Translations under genes and position numbers: made by a program
Shown: one piece after another, positions 9,164 to 18,150 of the stretch
Numbering within the stretch: position 1 is the first letter of the stretch
Layout of the letters: each line of letters begins with the position of its first letter
DNA from: Dehalococcoidia bacterium
GTDB lineage: Bacteria > Chloroflexota > Dehalococcoidia > Plut-88900
Length of the DNA: 64,000 bases
Reading direction: 5' to 3'
Assembly: GCA_965197585.1 (NCBI GenBank)
Contig: OZ240215.1
Span: forward strand, 2,624,001 to 2,688,000
The notes under the pieces: model-generated
What the model was told of the DNA's origin: nothing
The model's input: the letters and a program-made list of their open reading frames with translations, nothing else
Database searches by the model: none

Positions 9164-9989
9164 CGTTTACCTCCTGTTCTCGGTTTGGGAGCCTCCCCAG
9201 GACGAAGTCCAGCATCTCGGCGAAGCGGCCGGGGAGGTCCTCCTCCAGCCAGTCGGTCAACTGCGTCACCGAGTCCATGAGGGCGCTGGCCTTGCGCCAC
9301 TCCTCGGTTCCGTCCTCGATTACCTCTTCCTCCCAGGGGTCTGCGAACCCCTCGTACATGCCGTCGTCGTAGCAGTGGTCGAGGAAGAAGTTGCCGGTCT
9401 CGGCCCAGACCCAGGTGCAGGCTTGGGCCGCCCCCTCGAACCTGCTCCTCTCGAGCGCTTCTATGAGGGCGTCCAGGGGTATGCCTCCTTTGGGGATGTT
9501 GAGCAGGGTCTGCTGCGGGATGAGGGCGGCGGCCGATTCAAGCCACGCCACCCGGAGCCCGTCGGGTTCCTCGTAGAAGGTATCGGGGGGCTTGACCAGG
9601 AGGACCAGGGCCGAGAGCCCGTCGCGGTAGCCGTCCCACATCTCGTGGAGGCCGTCGTAGCCGAAGCCCATCAGCTCGAAGGGGATGCCCCTCCGAAGCC
9701 ATGTCCAGGGCGGTTCGTCCCCGTCTTCCATGTAGTAGTCGAAGAACGGGGCGTAGAGGGGGAAGTGCCGCTCTCCGAAGAGATTGGCGAAGCGCTCCAC
9801 CCTCGTGCGCACGTCGGGGGCCGAAAGCACCGCCTCCGCTTCCTCGGGGAAAAGGCGGCGTACCAGAGCCGTGAACCATGCGTAGTCGCCGGCGTGGCCG
9901 GCCAGCGCGACCAGCTCCCGCAGCGACGGCGGACGCCGAAGGAGCAGTTTCGCCAGGCCGCTCAGGCTCGGCGGGGCCACAGATGCCAC
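9153..9989 (-). CDS. Hypothetical protein in the PRTRC protein F position
   Basis: 278 aa, helical and acidic, overlaps both neighbours; assignment by synteny only. Confidence 0.6.
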   Translation of the reverse strand: MASVAPPSLSGLAKLLLRRPPSLRELVALAGHAGDYAWFTALVRRLFPEEAEAVLSAPDVRTRVERFANLFGERHFPLYAPFFDYYMEDGDEPPWTWLRRGIPFELMGFGYDGLHEMWDGYRDGLSALVLLVKPPDTFYEEPDGLRVAWLESAAALIPQQTLLNIPKGGIPLDALIEALERSRFEGAAQACTWVWAETGNFFLDHCYDDGMYEGFADPWEEEVIEDGTEEWRKASALMDSVTQLTDWLEEDLPGRFAEMLDFVLGRLPNREQEVNDEC

Positions 9990-10192
9990 CGCAGCGCCTC
10001 CAGTAGCCGCCCCGTAGACGCGGCGTAGTCCTGGGCCTGGACGCAGGCCAGCTCCACGTCACTCTGCCTTGCGGCCGCGGCGTCCAGGTCGAAGGAGCCG
10101 TCGGGCCGTGTGAGCTCCGCCGTGAGCTCAAGGATGCTGAGGTCCGCCGGCGGCGTTGCCGCCAGCAGACCGGCGAAAGTCCGGTTGTCCAT
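9962..10192 (-). CDS. Small hypothetical protein in PRTRC operon
   Basis: 76 aa, ATG with AAGGAGG RBS right after the Ubl stop; overlaps next gene. Confidence 0.65.
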   Translation of the reverse strand: MDNRTFAGLLAATPPADLSILELTAELTRPDGSFDLDAAAARQSDVELACVQAQDYAASTGRLLEALRWHLWPRRA

Positions 10193-10205
10193 GGGACTCC
10201 CTCCT

Positions 10206-10412
10206 TCAGTTCGGGGCGCAGGTGCAGGCGCCCTTGGTGCCCACCCGCCGCTGGAACTCGTAGATGGTGTCGTCTCCCCTCTTGGTCTCCTTCACCGAGG
10301 CGCCCGTGATCTCCCCGTAGAAGTCGGCCAATGTGCCCTTCACCTGCTCGACGCTCATCTGGGGGTCCGGGTCTGGGAACTCGCGGTCGTCGTAGACGAA
10401 TATGCGTGCCAT
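10206..10412 (-). CDS. Ubiquitin-like protein (PRTRC protein C)
   Basis: 68 aa; RIFVYD..FPDPDPQMSVEQVK..LA.FY.EI...YEF.RRVGTKG, followed by an extra ACTCAPN; AAGGAG RBS. Confidence 0.88.
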   Translation of the reverse strand: MARIFVYDDREFPDPDPQMSVEQVKGTLADFYGEITGASVKETKRGDDTIYEFQRRVGTKGACTCAPN

Positions 10413-10549
10413 GGTTCATCTCCTTGTGAGTGTTGTGTTCGCTGCGTTGCTTCGTTGGCGGCGCCCCGTTCAGGACACCGTTTGGGCCTCCCTGACCGGC
10501 AGAAGGAGGACACCTGAGGGTAGGTGTCCTCCCCCCGTGCGCTGCGGCC

Positions 10550-12910
10550 TCAGCTTCCCGCGCTGACCGGCACTTCCTCTCTCTCTTGCTCCATGCTCAT
10601 TGCCCACTCGAACATCGAGAGGCTTGCCGGCTGAGGCTTGCTACCCCTGGGCTTCACCGGCTCCTCGGCCATAAACTGCGCCCAGGAGAACAGCGATCCA
10701 CCAGTGGCGGACGGCTCCGGGGCCTCGTCGTGGTGGCCGTTCCGGTTGCCGTTGGCGGGAATCGCGGCGTGGCCGTTCCCGTGGCGGCCGTTGCTCAGGA
10801 CTAGTTCGACCGTCGGCCCGATGTCGTCATGGCGGCCGCTGCCGTTGACCCCTACGGCCTCCGACTCGACCTCGACGACCTTCCAGCCGTCGTCTACCAG
10901 CAACTCCTCGGCGCTGGCCTCGGCGTCCCTGGCATGTGCGAACACCTCCTCCACCGTCTCGGCCCCGTCCTCCTCGCCGCTGACGATCTTGCGGGCCAGG
11001 GCCATCATCAGGTCGTCACCGTCGTCGCCGTAGGCGGCCAGCCCGTCCTCCGGCAGCTCCCCCTCCACCGCAAGCGATGATTGGAGCTTCTTCGCCACCA
11101 GCTTCAGGGCGTCGGCCTGCAGCGTGTTCCGGTAGGACATGAACACCACCTTGACCGGGCGGGTCTGTCCGATGCGCCAGGAGCGGCGGGACGCCTGCCG
11201 CATGACGTAGACCGAGTAGTCGGTCTCGTACCAGCAGAGGGTCTGGAAGTCGATGAGGTCGAGGCCGGTCTGCACCAGCCTGGGATGGCAGATGAGCACG
11301 TCGATGCCTTGCTTGACCTTCTCCGCGACCCACGCCTCCCTCTTGTCAGGGGCCACGGCGTCTGCCTTCATCACCGCAACCCGGAACCCGTGCCGGGTGA
11401 GGATGTCGTCCATCCGCCCGGTGATGTCCCGTGTTCCCGTGTGGGTGGCGTAGACCAGCACCCTGCGGCCCTCCAGCCGCTCGGCGGCCACGAGGTCCAG
11501 CAGGGACTTCTCCTTGGGATAGAGCCGCTCCTCGGAGAGGGGCGGCACCTGGACGATCACCTCCCCGCTCCTGGGGTCGAAGACCGTCTCTCCCCTGGTG
11601 CAGCCGTCGGGGTAGGCCAATAGGGTCTGAAGGTAGGTGGCCAGCAGCCGTTTGGAGCCGCTCCTGAGGGCGTCCGCCAGCTCCTTTCGCAGCTCCTCGA
11701 ACACGGTGTTGTAGGCCGTGCGCTGGGAGTAGCCAGTCGCGTCCTCTTCGGAGTCCATGGAGGACAGCAGTATCTGCTCCTCGTAGGGGGGCAGGCCCGA
11801 GGCCACGTCGGCAAGTTTGAGGAAGACGGTGTTGCCGATGATGTGGAAGAGGGCCGAGGGCACTAGGCCCGGCCGCTCCCTGACCACCTTGCGGAACTTG
11901 CGGCGGCGGCTGTTGCGCCCGTCCTCCAGGGTGTCGTCGTCGGGCTTGCCGATGCTGTGCTCCTCGAAGCCGTACCGCTTTATCCAGCGGTGCTCGTCGG
12001 AGCGGTCGAACTCCGTTCTGAGCTCCGGGCTGAACCTGTAGAGCAGGTGGAAGATGGTCGAGGAGTAGCCACCGAGCAGCGTGCCCGTCAGGCTGAGGGA
12101 CTTGCCGCAAACGTCGGCGAGGACTCCGGCGGCGATGCCCTGGGCCGAGCCCCGCCCCTTGTACTCGTGGACCTCGTCTCCGATGAGCAGGTCGAAGAAG
12201 CCCTTCATCCTGTGCTTCACGTAGTCGGAGAGGGGGTAGCGGGCGGGGCCGGACTTGTCGGCCTGCCACAGGGGGGAGCCACAGTTGGCGCAAGTGTGCT
12301 TCCTGCGGTTCAGGTCGGCGTCCGTCAGGGGCACGCCGTCCTTATCCACGATCTGCGCCGTGCAGTCGGGGCAGCAGGGGACCCGGAACGGCTCTCCCGT
12401 CTCCTCGTCCCGCACCAGCCTTCCCGCCGCCGCGGCCCACCGCTCTACGATGGCGGGCTTCCAGCGGTAGGAGAGCTTTGCCCTCTCCCTGGACATGACG
12501 GCGAAGAGGGGGCCTGAGCCTGCGGAGAGGCGGAGCCGCTCAAGGTCGGTGATGGAGGTTACGATGGCAGCCCGTGCGAAGGGCACGGTCTGCTCCACCT
12601 CCCGCTTCCATTTCTTAGTCAGGTGGGGAGGGCAGAGGATGAGTATCCTCCTGAACCCCGCCATGTGCGCGGCCGCCGCGCCGATGAATGTCTTGCCGGT
12701 ACCCATCTCGCCGACCACGGTGGTGCCCCGATGGGCCTTGAGGGAGAGGGCGGCGGCGCGGATGGCGTCGGCCTGCGCCCCCAGGGGAGTGCGGAGCAGG
12801 GAAGGCAGCCCGTGCCCGTCATCCGAGGGCCGGTAGAGGGGCGGGTAGGACTCCACCACCCTGCGGGCGATGGCCTCCCTGTATGTATCGATGAACTCTC
12901 CGAGGTTCAC
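10550..12910 (-). CDS. SF2 (SNF2/DEAD-like) helicase with zinc-ribbon insert
   Basis: GEMGTGKT, DEVHE, LTGT, QTGLDL, QASRRSWRIGQ; CPDC/CANC insert. Confidence 0.88.
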   Translation of the reverse strand: MNLGEFIDTYREAIARRVVESYPPLYRPSDDGHGLPSLLRTPLGAQADAIRAAALSLKAHRGTTVVGEMGTGKTFIGAAAAHMAGFRRILILCPPHLTKKWKREVEQTVPFARAAIVTSITDLERLRLSAGSGPLFAVMSRERAKLSYRWKPAIVERWAAAAGRLVRDEETGEPFRVPCCPDCTAQIVDKDGVPLTDADLNRRKHTCANCGSPLWQADKSGPARYPLSDYVKHRMKGFFDLLIGDEVHEYKGRGSAQGIAAGVLADVCGKSLSLTGTLLGGYSSTIFHLLYRFSPELRTEFDRSDEHRWIKRYGFEEHSIGKPDDDTLEDGRNSRRRKFRKVVRERPGLVPSALFHIIGNTVFLKLADVASGLPPYEEQILLSSMDSEEDATGYSQRTAYNTVFEELRKELADALRSGSKRLLATYLQTLLAYPDGCTRGETVFDPRSGEVIVQVPPLSEERLYPKEKSLLDLVAAERLEGRRVLVYATHTGTRDITGRMDDILTRHGFRVAVMKADAVAPDKREAWVAEKVKQGIDVLICHPRLVQTGLDLIDFQTLCWYETDYSVYVMRQASRRSWRIGQTRPVKVVFMSYRNTLQADALKLVAKKLQSSLAVEGELPEDGLAAYGDDGDDLMMALARKIVSGEEDGAETVEEVFAHARDAEASAEELLVDDGWKVVEVESEAVGVNGSGRHDDIGPTVELVLSNGRHGNGHAAIPANGNRNGHHDEAPEPSATGGSLFSWAQFMAEEPVKPRGSKPQPASLSMFEWAMSMEQEREEVPVSAGS

Positions 12911-13029
12911 TGTGCGCCTCCTTACTTATCTATAGATGCGTGTTGTAGTCGTGAAGATGAAGAGAGACCCCGCCGCCCTTTGGAGTGGGCGAGCGGGGTC
13001 TCGGTGTGCGGCCCGGCGGAATGGGCCGG

Positions 13030-14070
13030 CTATGCTGCGATGTCGGTTACCTCGCCGTCGTCCAGGTCCAGGGCCGTGACGGTGGTGCTGAGCCTCTCAC
13101 GGTAGACTTCCTTTTGAGGGGTGTCCTCCACCAGTATCATCTCCTTGGTGGTGCGTCCCTTGACCAGGATTCGCCTGCCTTCTGCCTCCAGCACCAGGTT
13201 GTCCAGGAACCCTGCCGCAACCAGCATGGCCATGTGGCCCCGCCGCAGGGGCATCAGGGGACGGGTGCGGCTGTCCCCGGCGGGCCAGAGGGCGTCGGTG
13301 ACCGCCGTGGTGGCCCACAGCCCCGAGGACCGGGCCTCCCTGGCCGCCGCAACCGGGTCCACCGTGCGGGTGGCGAACAGTATGTCGCCCGCGGGGGTTA
13401 TGGAGGGGGAGTAGGCGGGGTAGTCGTGCGGCGACAGTCCCTCGGGCTCCCCCAGGGCCCACTCCCTCACCCGCCCCTCGGCGTAGGCGTTGGGGGATGG
13501 GTCCGCCTTCCTGTAACCCATGAGCACCACCTGGTCATATGCCTCCCGCTCGGGCCTGGGGAATGCCCAGCAGCGGAGCGTTGCGTAGTGGGTGGCCAGG
13601 TAGCGGGCCGACACCGCCAGCCGCGACCTGGGGACGATGAAGACCAGTAGGCCCTCCTCGGCCAGGTAGCGGGTGCAGTGGGTCAGGAAACGGTGCTCCA
13701 CTCTCTTCTCGTCACCGGCATCCCAGTCGTAGGGCGGGTTGAGGTAGAGGAGTCCGAAGGACCCGTTGGCCATGGAGGTCCGGAACAGGTCGGAGGCCAG
13801 CGAGTGGTCCAGTAAGCCCCGGGCCTCTTCGGCTCTGTCCCTGTGCAGCTCCACGCCGAAGGTCTCGATGGGCAGGCCGTTGGGCCTGCCCAGGCATTCG
13901 GCCAGCAGCGACAACGCCTCGCCGGCCCCGCAGCAGGGGTCGAGGATGCGCAGCGTCTTGCCCCTGCTGTAGTAGGAGAGCCGTGGGGTGTCTACCAGCG
14001 TGGCGATCATCTCCACCACCCTATCGGGTGTGGGATAGAAGCCTCCCTTTGCCTGGGCTGCCAGTCTCAT
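13030..14070 (-). CDS. Adenine DNA methyltransferase (DUF6094-like, gamma class)
   Basis: GFYPTP, LDPCCGAG, LYLNPPY; adjacent to the SF2 helicase as in many ICE backbones. Confidence 0.85.
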   Translation of the reverse strand: MRLAAQAKGGFYPTPDRVVEMIATLVDTPRLSYYSRGKTLRILDPCCGAGEALSLLAECLGRPNGLPIETFGVELHRDRAEEARGLLDHSLASDLFRTSMANGSFGLLYLNPPYDWDAGDEKRVEHRFLTHCTRYLAEEGLLVFIVPRSRLAVSARYLATHYATLRCWAFPRPEREAYDQVVLMGYRKADPSPNAYAEGRVREWALGEPEGLSPHDYPAYSPSITPAGDILFATRTVDPVAAAREARSSGLWATTAVTDALWPAGDSRTRPLMPLRRGHMAMLVAAGFLDNLVLEAEGRRILVKGRTTKEMILVEDTPQKEVYRERLSTTVTALDLDDGEVTDIAA

Positions 14071-14345
14071 CTTGCACCTCCTATCTCAATGTCCATTAGG
14101 GTCGAGGATTCGTGCTCGCGCCGGTCGGCGAGGCAGCAGCAGTCGACGTTGCCGTTCACCGTCTCCAGGTAGCGCTCCACGCTGAGGGCCTGGAAGACCA
14201 CCTCTCCCCCGCAGGCGGCGCAGTGGTGGATGACCCCGGCGTGGACGTAGACGCCGCGCTCTCCCGTGACCGCCGAGGGTCCGCCGCACAGGGGACAGTC
14301 GAATACCAGGGTCCTGTCCCGGTTCCTGTCGTTTGCTTTGGTCAT
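14067..14345 (-). CDS. Small zinc-ribbon protein
   Basis: ATG at 14345 with AAGGAG RBS; CPLC and CAAC pairs; overlaps neighbours by 4 bp. Confidence 0.6.
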   Translation of the reverse strand: MTKANDRNRDRTLVFDCPLCGGPSAVTGERGVYVHAGVIHHCAACGGEVVFQALSVERYLETVNGNVDCCCLADRREHESSTLMDIEIGGAR

Positions 14346-14755
14346 GGCCTTTCTCCTTTCTCTGGTTCGTTGCCGTTCCCGATGCCGACGGCCTCGCCGG
14401 TGGCCAGGTTGCGCTGGAAGCAGAGGACCTGGTGGGTGCCCAGCTCCCGGGCGCAGGGCCGGCAAAAGGCGGTGATGAGTTCGGCGTCTCTGGCGACTAC
14501 AATCCTTCTTACGAGGACTGGCCCACCGGGCACGTTGTGCCTGTAGAGGGGCAGGAAGGGATCCCTCTCCTCCTCCGGGGTGGCTTTCCTGAAGAAATGG
14601 GGCTGGCCCGAGGTACAGAGGTGTCTCGATGAGTCGTGGGGGCAGTAGCGGCAGGTGACGCCGTCGGGGGAGAAGCGCAGCCATGCCCTCCCATGGCGTG
14701 CCTGCCTTCTCTTGTTAGGGCGTTTGGCCGGACTCAGGGTTTTATCCATCGCCAA
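14342..14755 (-). CDS. Cys/His-rich hypothetical protein
   Basis: 137 aa; CRYCPH..HLC and FCRPC..LC; coupled to both neighbours. Confidence 0.6.
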   Translation of the reverse strand: MAMDKTLSPAKRPNKRRQARHGRAWLRFSPDGVTCRYCPHDSSRHLCTSGQPHFFRKATPEEERDPFLPLYRHNVPGGPVLVRRIVVARDAELITAFCRPCARELGTHQVLCFQRNLATGEAVGIGNGNEPEKGERP

Positions 14756-15380
14756 CCTCCTCCTTTAAGGTAAGAGTGCCCAGGGCCACGGCATCAGACA
14801 GGTCGCCCCTGAGCCGCTCCGCGTTGGGAGAGCAGACGTAGGCTGTTATCCCCGCGGACTGGAGGGGCACTATCTCACCGTTGCGCAGCCCCCGGCGCCA
14901 GAGCCAGGGGGCCCAGGAGCGGTGGAGAGGCAGGGGACTGCGCCGGTCGAGGAACCGGCGGTGGAGGTCCGGGGCCTCATCCCCGGAGCGGGCAAGCAGC
15001 AGGAAGTCGTCCCTCTCGAAGGAGAACTCCGCCAAGCGGGTGTAGACCAGGGCGTGCCAGCCGCCCGTGGTGGGAAGCCGGGCTATCTTCGTGGTCCAGG
15101 TGCCGATGGTGTGATGGGGTATTGAGCTGCGCAGGAAGTCCCCGGTGAACTCCCCGCCGTCGGCCCCCCGGATGAGGTGGGCCGCCTCCGGGGGCTGCTT
15201 GAGCAGGGAGGCCCATATGGCCTTGAGGGCGGTCTGGGGGCCGACCATGGAAAGGAACCACAGCTCCCCGGAGTCTTGCTTCCGGGCGAAGGCGTCGGCG
15301 GTGGCGGAGTAGCCTCCGGCGCTGACGGTGTAGAGCTCCTCGGGGTTCACCGGCTCGATGGTGCGTCGGGTTGTTGCCAT
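14742..15380 (-). CDS. Hypothetical ICE backbone protein
   Basis: 212 aa, GAGG RBS, in operon upstream of the MTase/helicase pair. Confidence 0.65.
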   Translation of the reverse strand: MATTRRTIEPVNPEELYTVSAGGYSATADAFARKQDSGELWFLSMVGPQTALKAIWASLLKQPPEAAHLIRGADGGEFTGDFLRSSIPHHTIGTWTTKIARLPTTGGWHALVYTRLAEFSFERDDFLLLARSGDEAPDLHRRFLDRRSPLPLHRSWAPWLWRRGLRNGEIVPLQSAGITAYVCSPNAERLRGDLSDAVALGTLTLKEEVGDG

Positions 15381-15423
15381 GCGTTTTTTCCTCTCTTGTT
15401 CTCATTGGGCGATGTGGGAGTAG

Positions 15424-15933
15424 TTACTCGGGGAAGCAGCCCAGCTCCTTGAGGCTGACGGCCCTGTCGTGCCCGATAACCACGTGGTCCAGCAGGTCTA
15501 TGTCCAGGAGCCTGGCGGCCCGGTACAGGTCGCCGGTGAGGGCCCTGTCCTGGGAGCTGGGGGTGGGGTCTCCGCTGGGGTGGTTGTGGACCAGGATGAA
15601 GTGGGGAGCGGATTCGGCTACGGCGGGGCGCAGCACCTCGGCGGGCCTTACCATCACCGAGTTCACGTTCCCCTGGTAGACCACCCTCTGGCCCATGACC
15701 CGGTTCTTGACGTCGAGTAGCAGGACCCTGAGCTGCTCCTGGGCCAGGGGCGTCATCTCGGGGCCGAGGAGCCGGTGCACGTCCCCGGGGCAGGTGATGG
15801 CCGGGGCGTCGTCGTGGTGCGGGGGCCGGGTGTCGACCTGGTACCTGACGGCCAGCTCTGATAGCAGGCCCAGGTTGCTCCTCAGGGCCTCCAGCAGGAC
15901 GTCGTTCTCGGTGGGCGCCTTGTGTCGTTTCAT
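15424..15933 (-). CDS. radC: RadC-family JAB protein
   Basis: QEQLRVLLLD, HNHPSGDPTPSSQD, LLDHVVIG; ATG at 15933. Confidence 0.9.
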   Translation of the reverse strand: MKRHKAPTENDVLLEALRSNLGLLSELAVRYQVDTRPPHHDDAPAITCPGDVHRLLGPEMTPLAQEQLRVLLLDVKNRVMGQRVVYQGNVNSVMVRPAEVLRPAVAESAPHFILVHNHPSGDPTPSSQDRALTGDLYRAARLLDIDLLDHVVIGHDRAVSLKELGCFPE

Positions 15934-16042
15934 GTTGGTTCTCCCGTAGGGTTGATGGTGCCAAGAAAAGCAGCGGGGCCGCTCCCTGCACAGGAGTGCG
16001 GCCCCGTGGTGCGCCCCGGCTCCCGGGGCGTCGGCGTGAGGG

Positions 16043-16438
16043 CTAGAACGGGGACCCGGCAACCGCCTCCGAGGCGTGGGCCGGGCTGCCGTTGCCGTTC
16101 CTCTCGCTCCGGCCGTTGCGGGAGTCGAGGAAGACGACCTCCCCGGCGTGGACCTCGGTGCGGCGCCGGCGCTGCCCGTCTTCCGTCTCCCAGCAGTTCT
16201 GCACCAGCCGTCCCGCAACGTAGATGCGGTCGCCCTTGCCAACGTACTCGTTCACCGCCTCGGCCTGTTTGCTCCAGCACACGATGTCGTGCCAGTCCGT
16301 TTCCTTCTCCCCGTCCTGGCGCCGCCGGTCGGTGGCCAGGCTGAGGCGTGTGACGGCGGTGCCGTTCGGGGTGTAGCGCATCTCGGGCTGGGCGCCAACG
16401 CGTCCCAGTAGCTCTACCTTGTTAACTGTCCTGGACAT
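16043..16438 (-). CDS. ssb: Single-stranded DNA-binding protein
   Basis: VNKVELLGRVG..PEMRYTPNG, TDWHDIVCW, KGDRIYVAGRL; tail ends SPF. Confidence 0.93.
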   Translation of the reverse strand: MSRTVNKVELLGRVGAQPEMRYTPNGTAVTRLSLATDRRRQDGEKETDWHDIVCWSKQAEAVNEYVGKGDRIYVAGRLVQNCWETEDGQRRRRTEVHAGEVVFLDSRNGRSERNGNGSPAHASEAVAGSPF

Positions 16439-16562
16439 CTCGGTCCTCCTTCTTGGGTCTTGGGGTGCGGGTTCACCCGCACCCGGTGCTTGATAGACGC
16501 CGGGGCCGCCCTTCCCGCAGGGGAAGAGGCGGCCCCGTTGTGCGCTCCCCTGGGGGAAGCGT

Positions 16563-17006
16563 CTATGCGACCCGCACGAACTCGGCGTCCCGCTCGGCCA
16601 CCGAGGGCCGTACTGCAGGTGCGGGTCGTGACTGATCCCCTGCGCTCAGTTCGTCCTTCACGAAGCCCTGCAGGATGTGGGCGATGCCGTCTCCCAGGCC
16701 CTGGACGAACACCGACCTGCCGCCGGGCAGCTTGTTGAGCCGGGGCTCCATGCCGCCGACGCCCCGGCACTGGTCGACGACGTCCTCGATGGGCGTACCC
16801 CGCCGCAGGTGCAGCGAGATGAGCCGGCAGGCCAGCTCGGTGACGCCCTGCTCGAAGGTGCCGCTCTTGCCCATCCTTCCGAAGACCTCGAAGGGATCGC
16901 CGCCGCCGTCGATGGCCACGGTCAGGCAGAGGTCGCCGTGGGACGTGGCCAGCACTGCGGTGCTGCTGGGCAGGACTCTCGGCCTGGGGCTTGTGGTCTT
17001 ATCCAT
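16563..17006 (-). CDS. Stand-alone TSCPD/NrdJb-like domain protein
   Basis: GDLCLTV..PFEVFGRMGKSG..ACRLISLHLRRG..VVDQCRGV..GLGDGIAHIL resembles the C-terminal domain of class II ribonucleotide reductase. Confidence 0.7.
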   Translation of the reverse strand: MDKTTSPRPRVLPSSTAVLATSHGDLCLTVAIDGGGDPFEVFGRMGKSGTFEQGVTELACRLISLHLRRGTPIEDVVDQCRGVGGMEPRLNKLPGGRSVFVQGLGDGIAHILQGFVKDELSAGDQSRPAPAVRPSVAERDAEFVRVA

Positions 17007-17289
17007 CTTCCTTTACCTCCTCTCCCCGGCAGTGGGGGCAGCGGACAAGCCGCAGCCCCAGCCGGGTCTGTATCTCTTGGGTATATTTGGCGTGCACCCG
17101 CCGGAACACCTCGTGAGCGTTCTCTATGTCCTTGTCGTTGATGGCTGTGTCGCCGGGGAACATGAACCGGTCGGCGACCTCCTCGATCTCCCTCCGCAGG
17201 CCGCGGTCGCCGGCCCGGTCTACCTGGTACCAGAGCATGGCCAGCCGTTCGTCCACCAAGCCGGCTAACGTCGGGCTTGTTTCCGTCAT
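16999..17289 (-). CDS. Hypothetical protein
   Basis: ATG at 17289 with AAGGAG RBS; C-terminal CPHC; overlaps next gene. Confidence 0.6.
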   Translation of the reverse strand: MTETSPTLAGLVDERLAMLWYQVDRAGDRGLRREIEEVADRFMFPGDTAINDKDIENAHEVFRRVHAKYTQEIQTRLGLRLVRCPHCRGEEVKEDG

Positions 17290-17367
17290 TGCTAGTCTCC
17301 TTTCCATCCGGTAAGGAAAGAGTGGACCTGTCCCCAGGGGGACGATCCCGCTCTATTCCCCTACCCG

Positions 17368-18150
17368 CTAGGCCGCCTGCTCCTGCTGCCTCTCCTTCAG
17401 CTTCCGGGCGGCGCTCTTCACCAGGGGCTCCAGCTCGTCGACGGTTAGCTCCTCGAGCTCCTTGCCCGTCCGGCTCCTCGTGGCCTCCCTGACCTGTGCC
17501 TCTTCGAACCCCTGCTCGGCTCCCAGGTTGATGAGACTCGTCCTCAGGGCCTCAAGCTGCGACCCGGCCGGGTCGTCGTCACGGCCGCCGCCTTGGGGGA
17601 CCTCCTGGGGGGGCCTCGCCGGTGTCTGCTTTGCCGGGTTGCCGTAGAGGGCGTTCCCGAACTGGTCGCCGAAGCTCCTGAGCGCCCTCTTCAGGGCGTC
17701 GGTGACGGCGCCCTTGTATGCGGTCTCGTGGCCCTCCACCGTATCGTCGTTCACGGCGTGGAATCCCACGTCGGTGCGGGAGGGGGCGCCGGGCACGCCT
17801 ACCCTGACCGTGGCGGCGCAGGCGTGGGAGGTCCTCACCTCCCCGGTCTTGGGGTCGACGCTCCGCATCTCCCGGAGGGTCACGTCTCCCACTACCTCGT
17901 AGCCCCAACCCCCGTGGCCGAAGACCCGGTTGGCCTGTGAGATGGCGACGTGGCCCTCCAGGTAGGGGTAGGTGCGGTTCCCCCGTCCCCTGCGGCTGGA
18001 TACCAGGGCCGGGTCGAGGGGCTGGGACAGCTTTTTGGTCACCCTTGGTGGCAGACTGTCCCAGAGAAGGTCCAGTTCCCTGTCGCCCATCGGGGCGGCG
18101 TCGGGCCGGGTGCCGTTGTTGCTTGCGTTCCTGTGCGTTCCGTTCGTCAT
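17368..18150 (-). CDS. Rad52/Rad22-family single-strand annealing protein
   Basis: YLEGHVAISQANRVFGHGGW, RTDVG, YKGAVTDALKRALRSFGDQFGNALY; ATG at 18150 with AAGGAG RBS. Confidence 0.9.
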   Translation of the reverse strand: MTNGTHRNASNNGTRPDAAPMGDRELDLLWDSLPPRVTKKLSQPLDPALVSSRRGRGNRTYPYLEGHVAISQANRVFGHGGWGYEVVGDVTLREMRSVDPKTGEVRTSHACAATVRVGVPGAPSRTDVGFHAVNDDTVEGHETAYKGAVTDALKRALRSFGDQFGNALYGNPAKQTPARPPQEVPQGGGRDDDPAGSQLEALRTSLINLGAEQGFEEAQVREATRSRTGKELEELTVDELEPLVKSAARKLKERQQEQAA

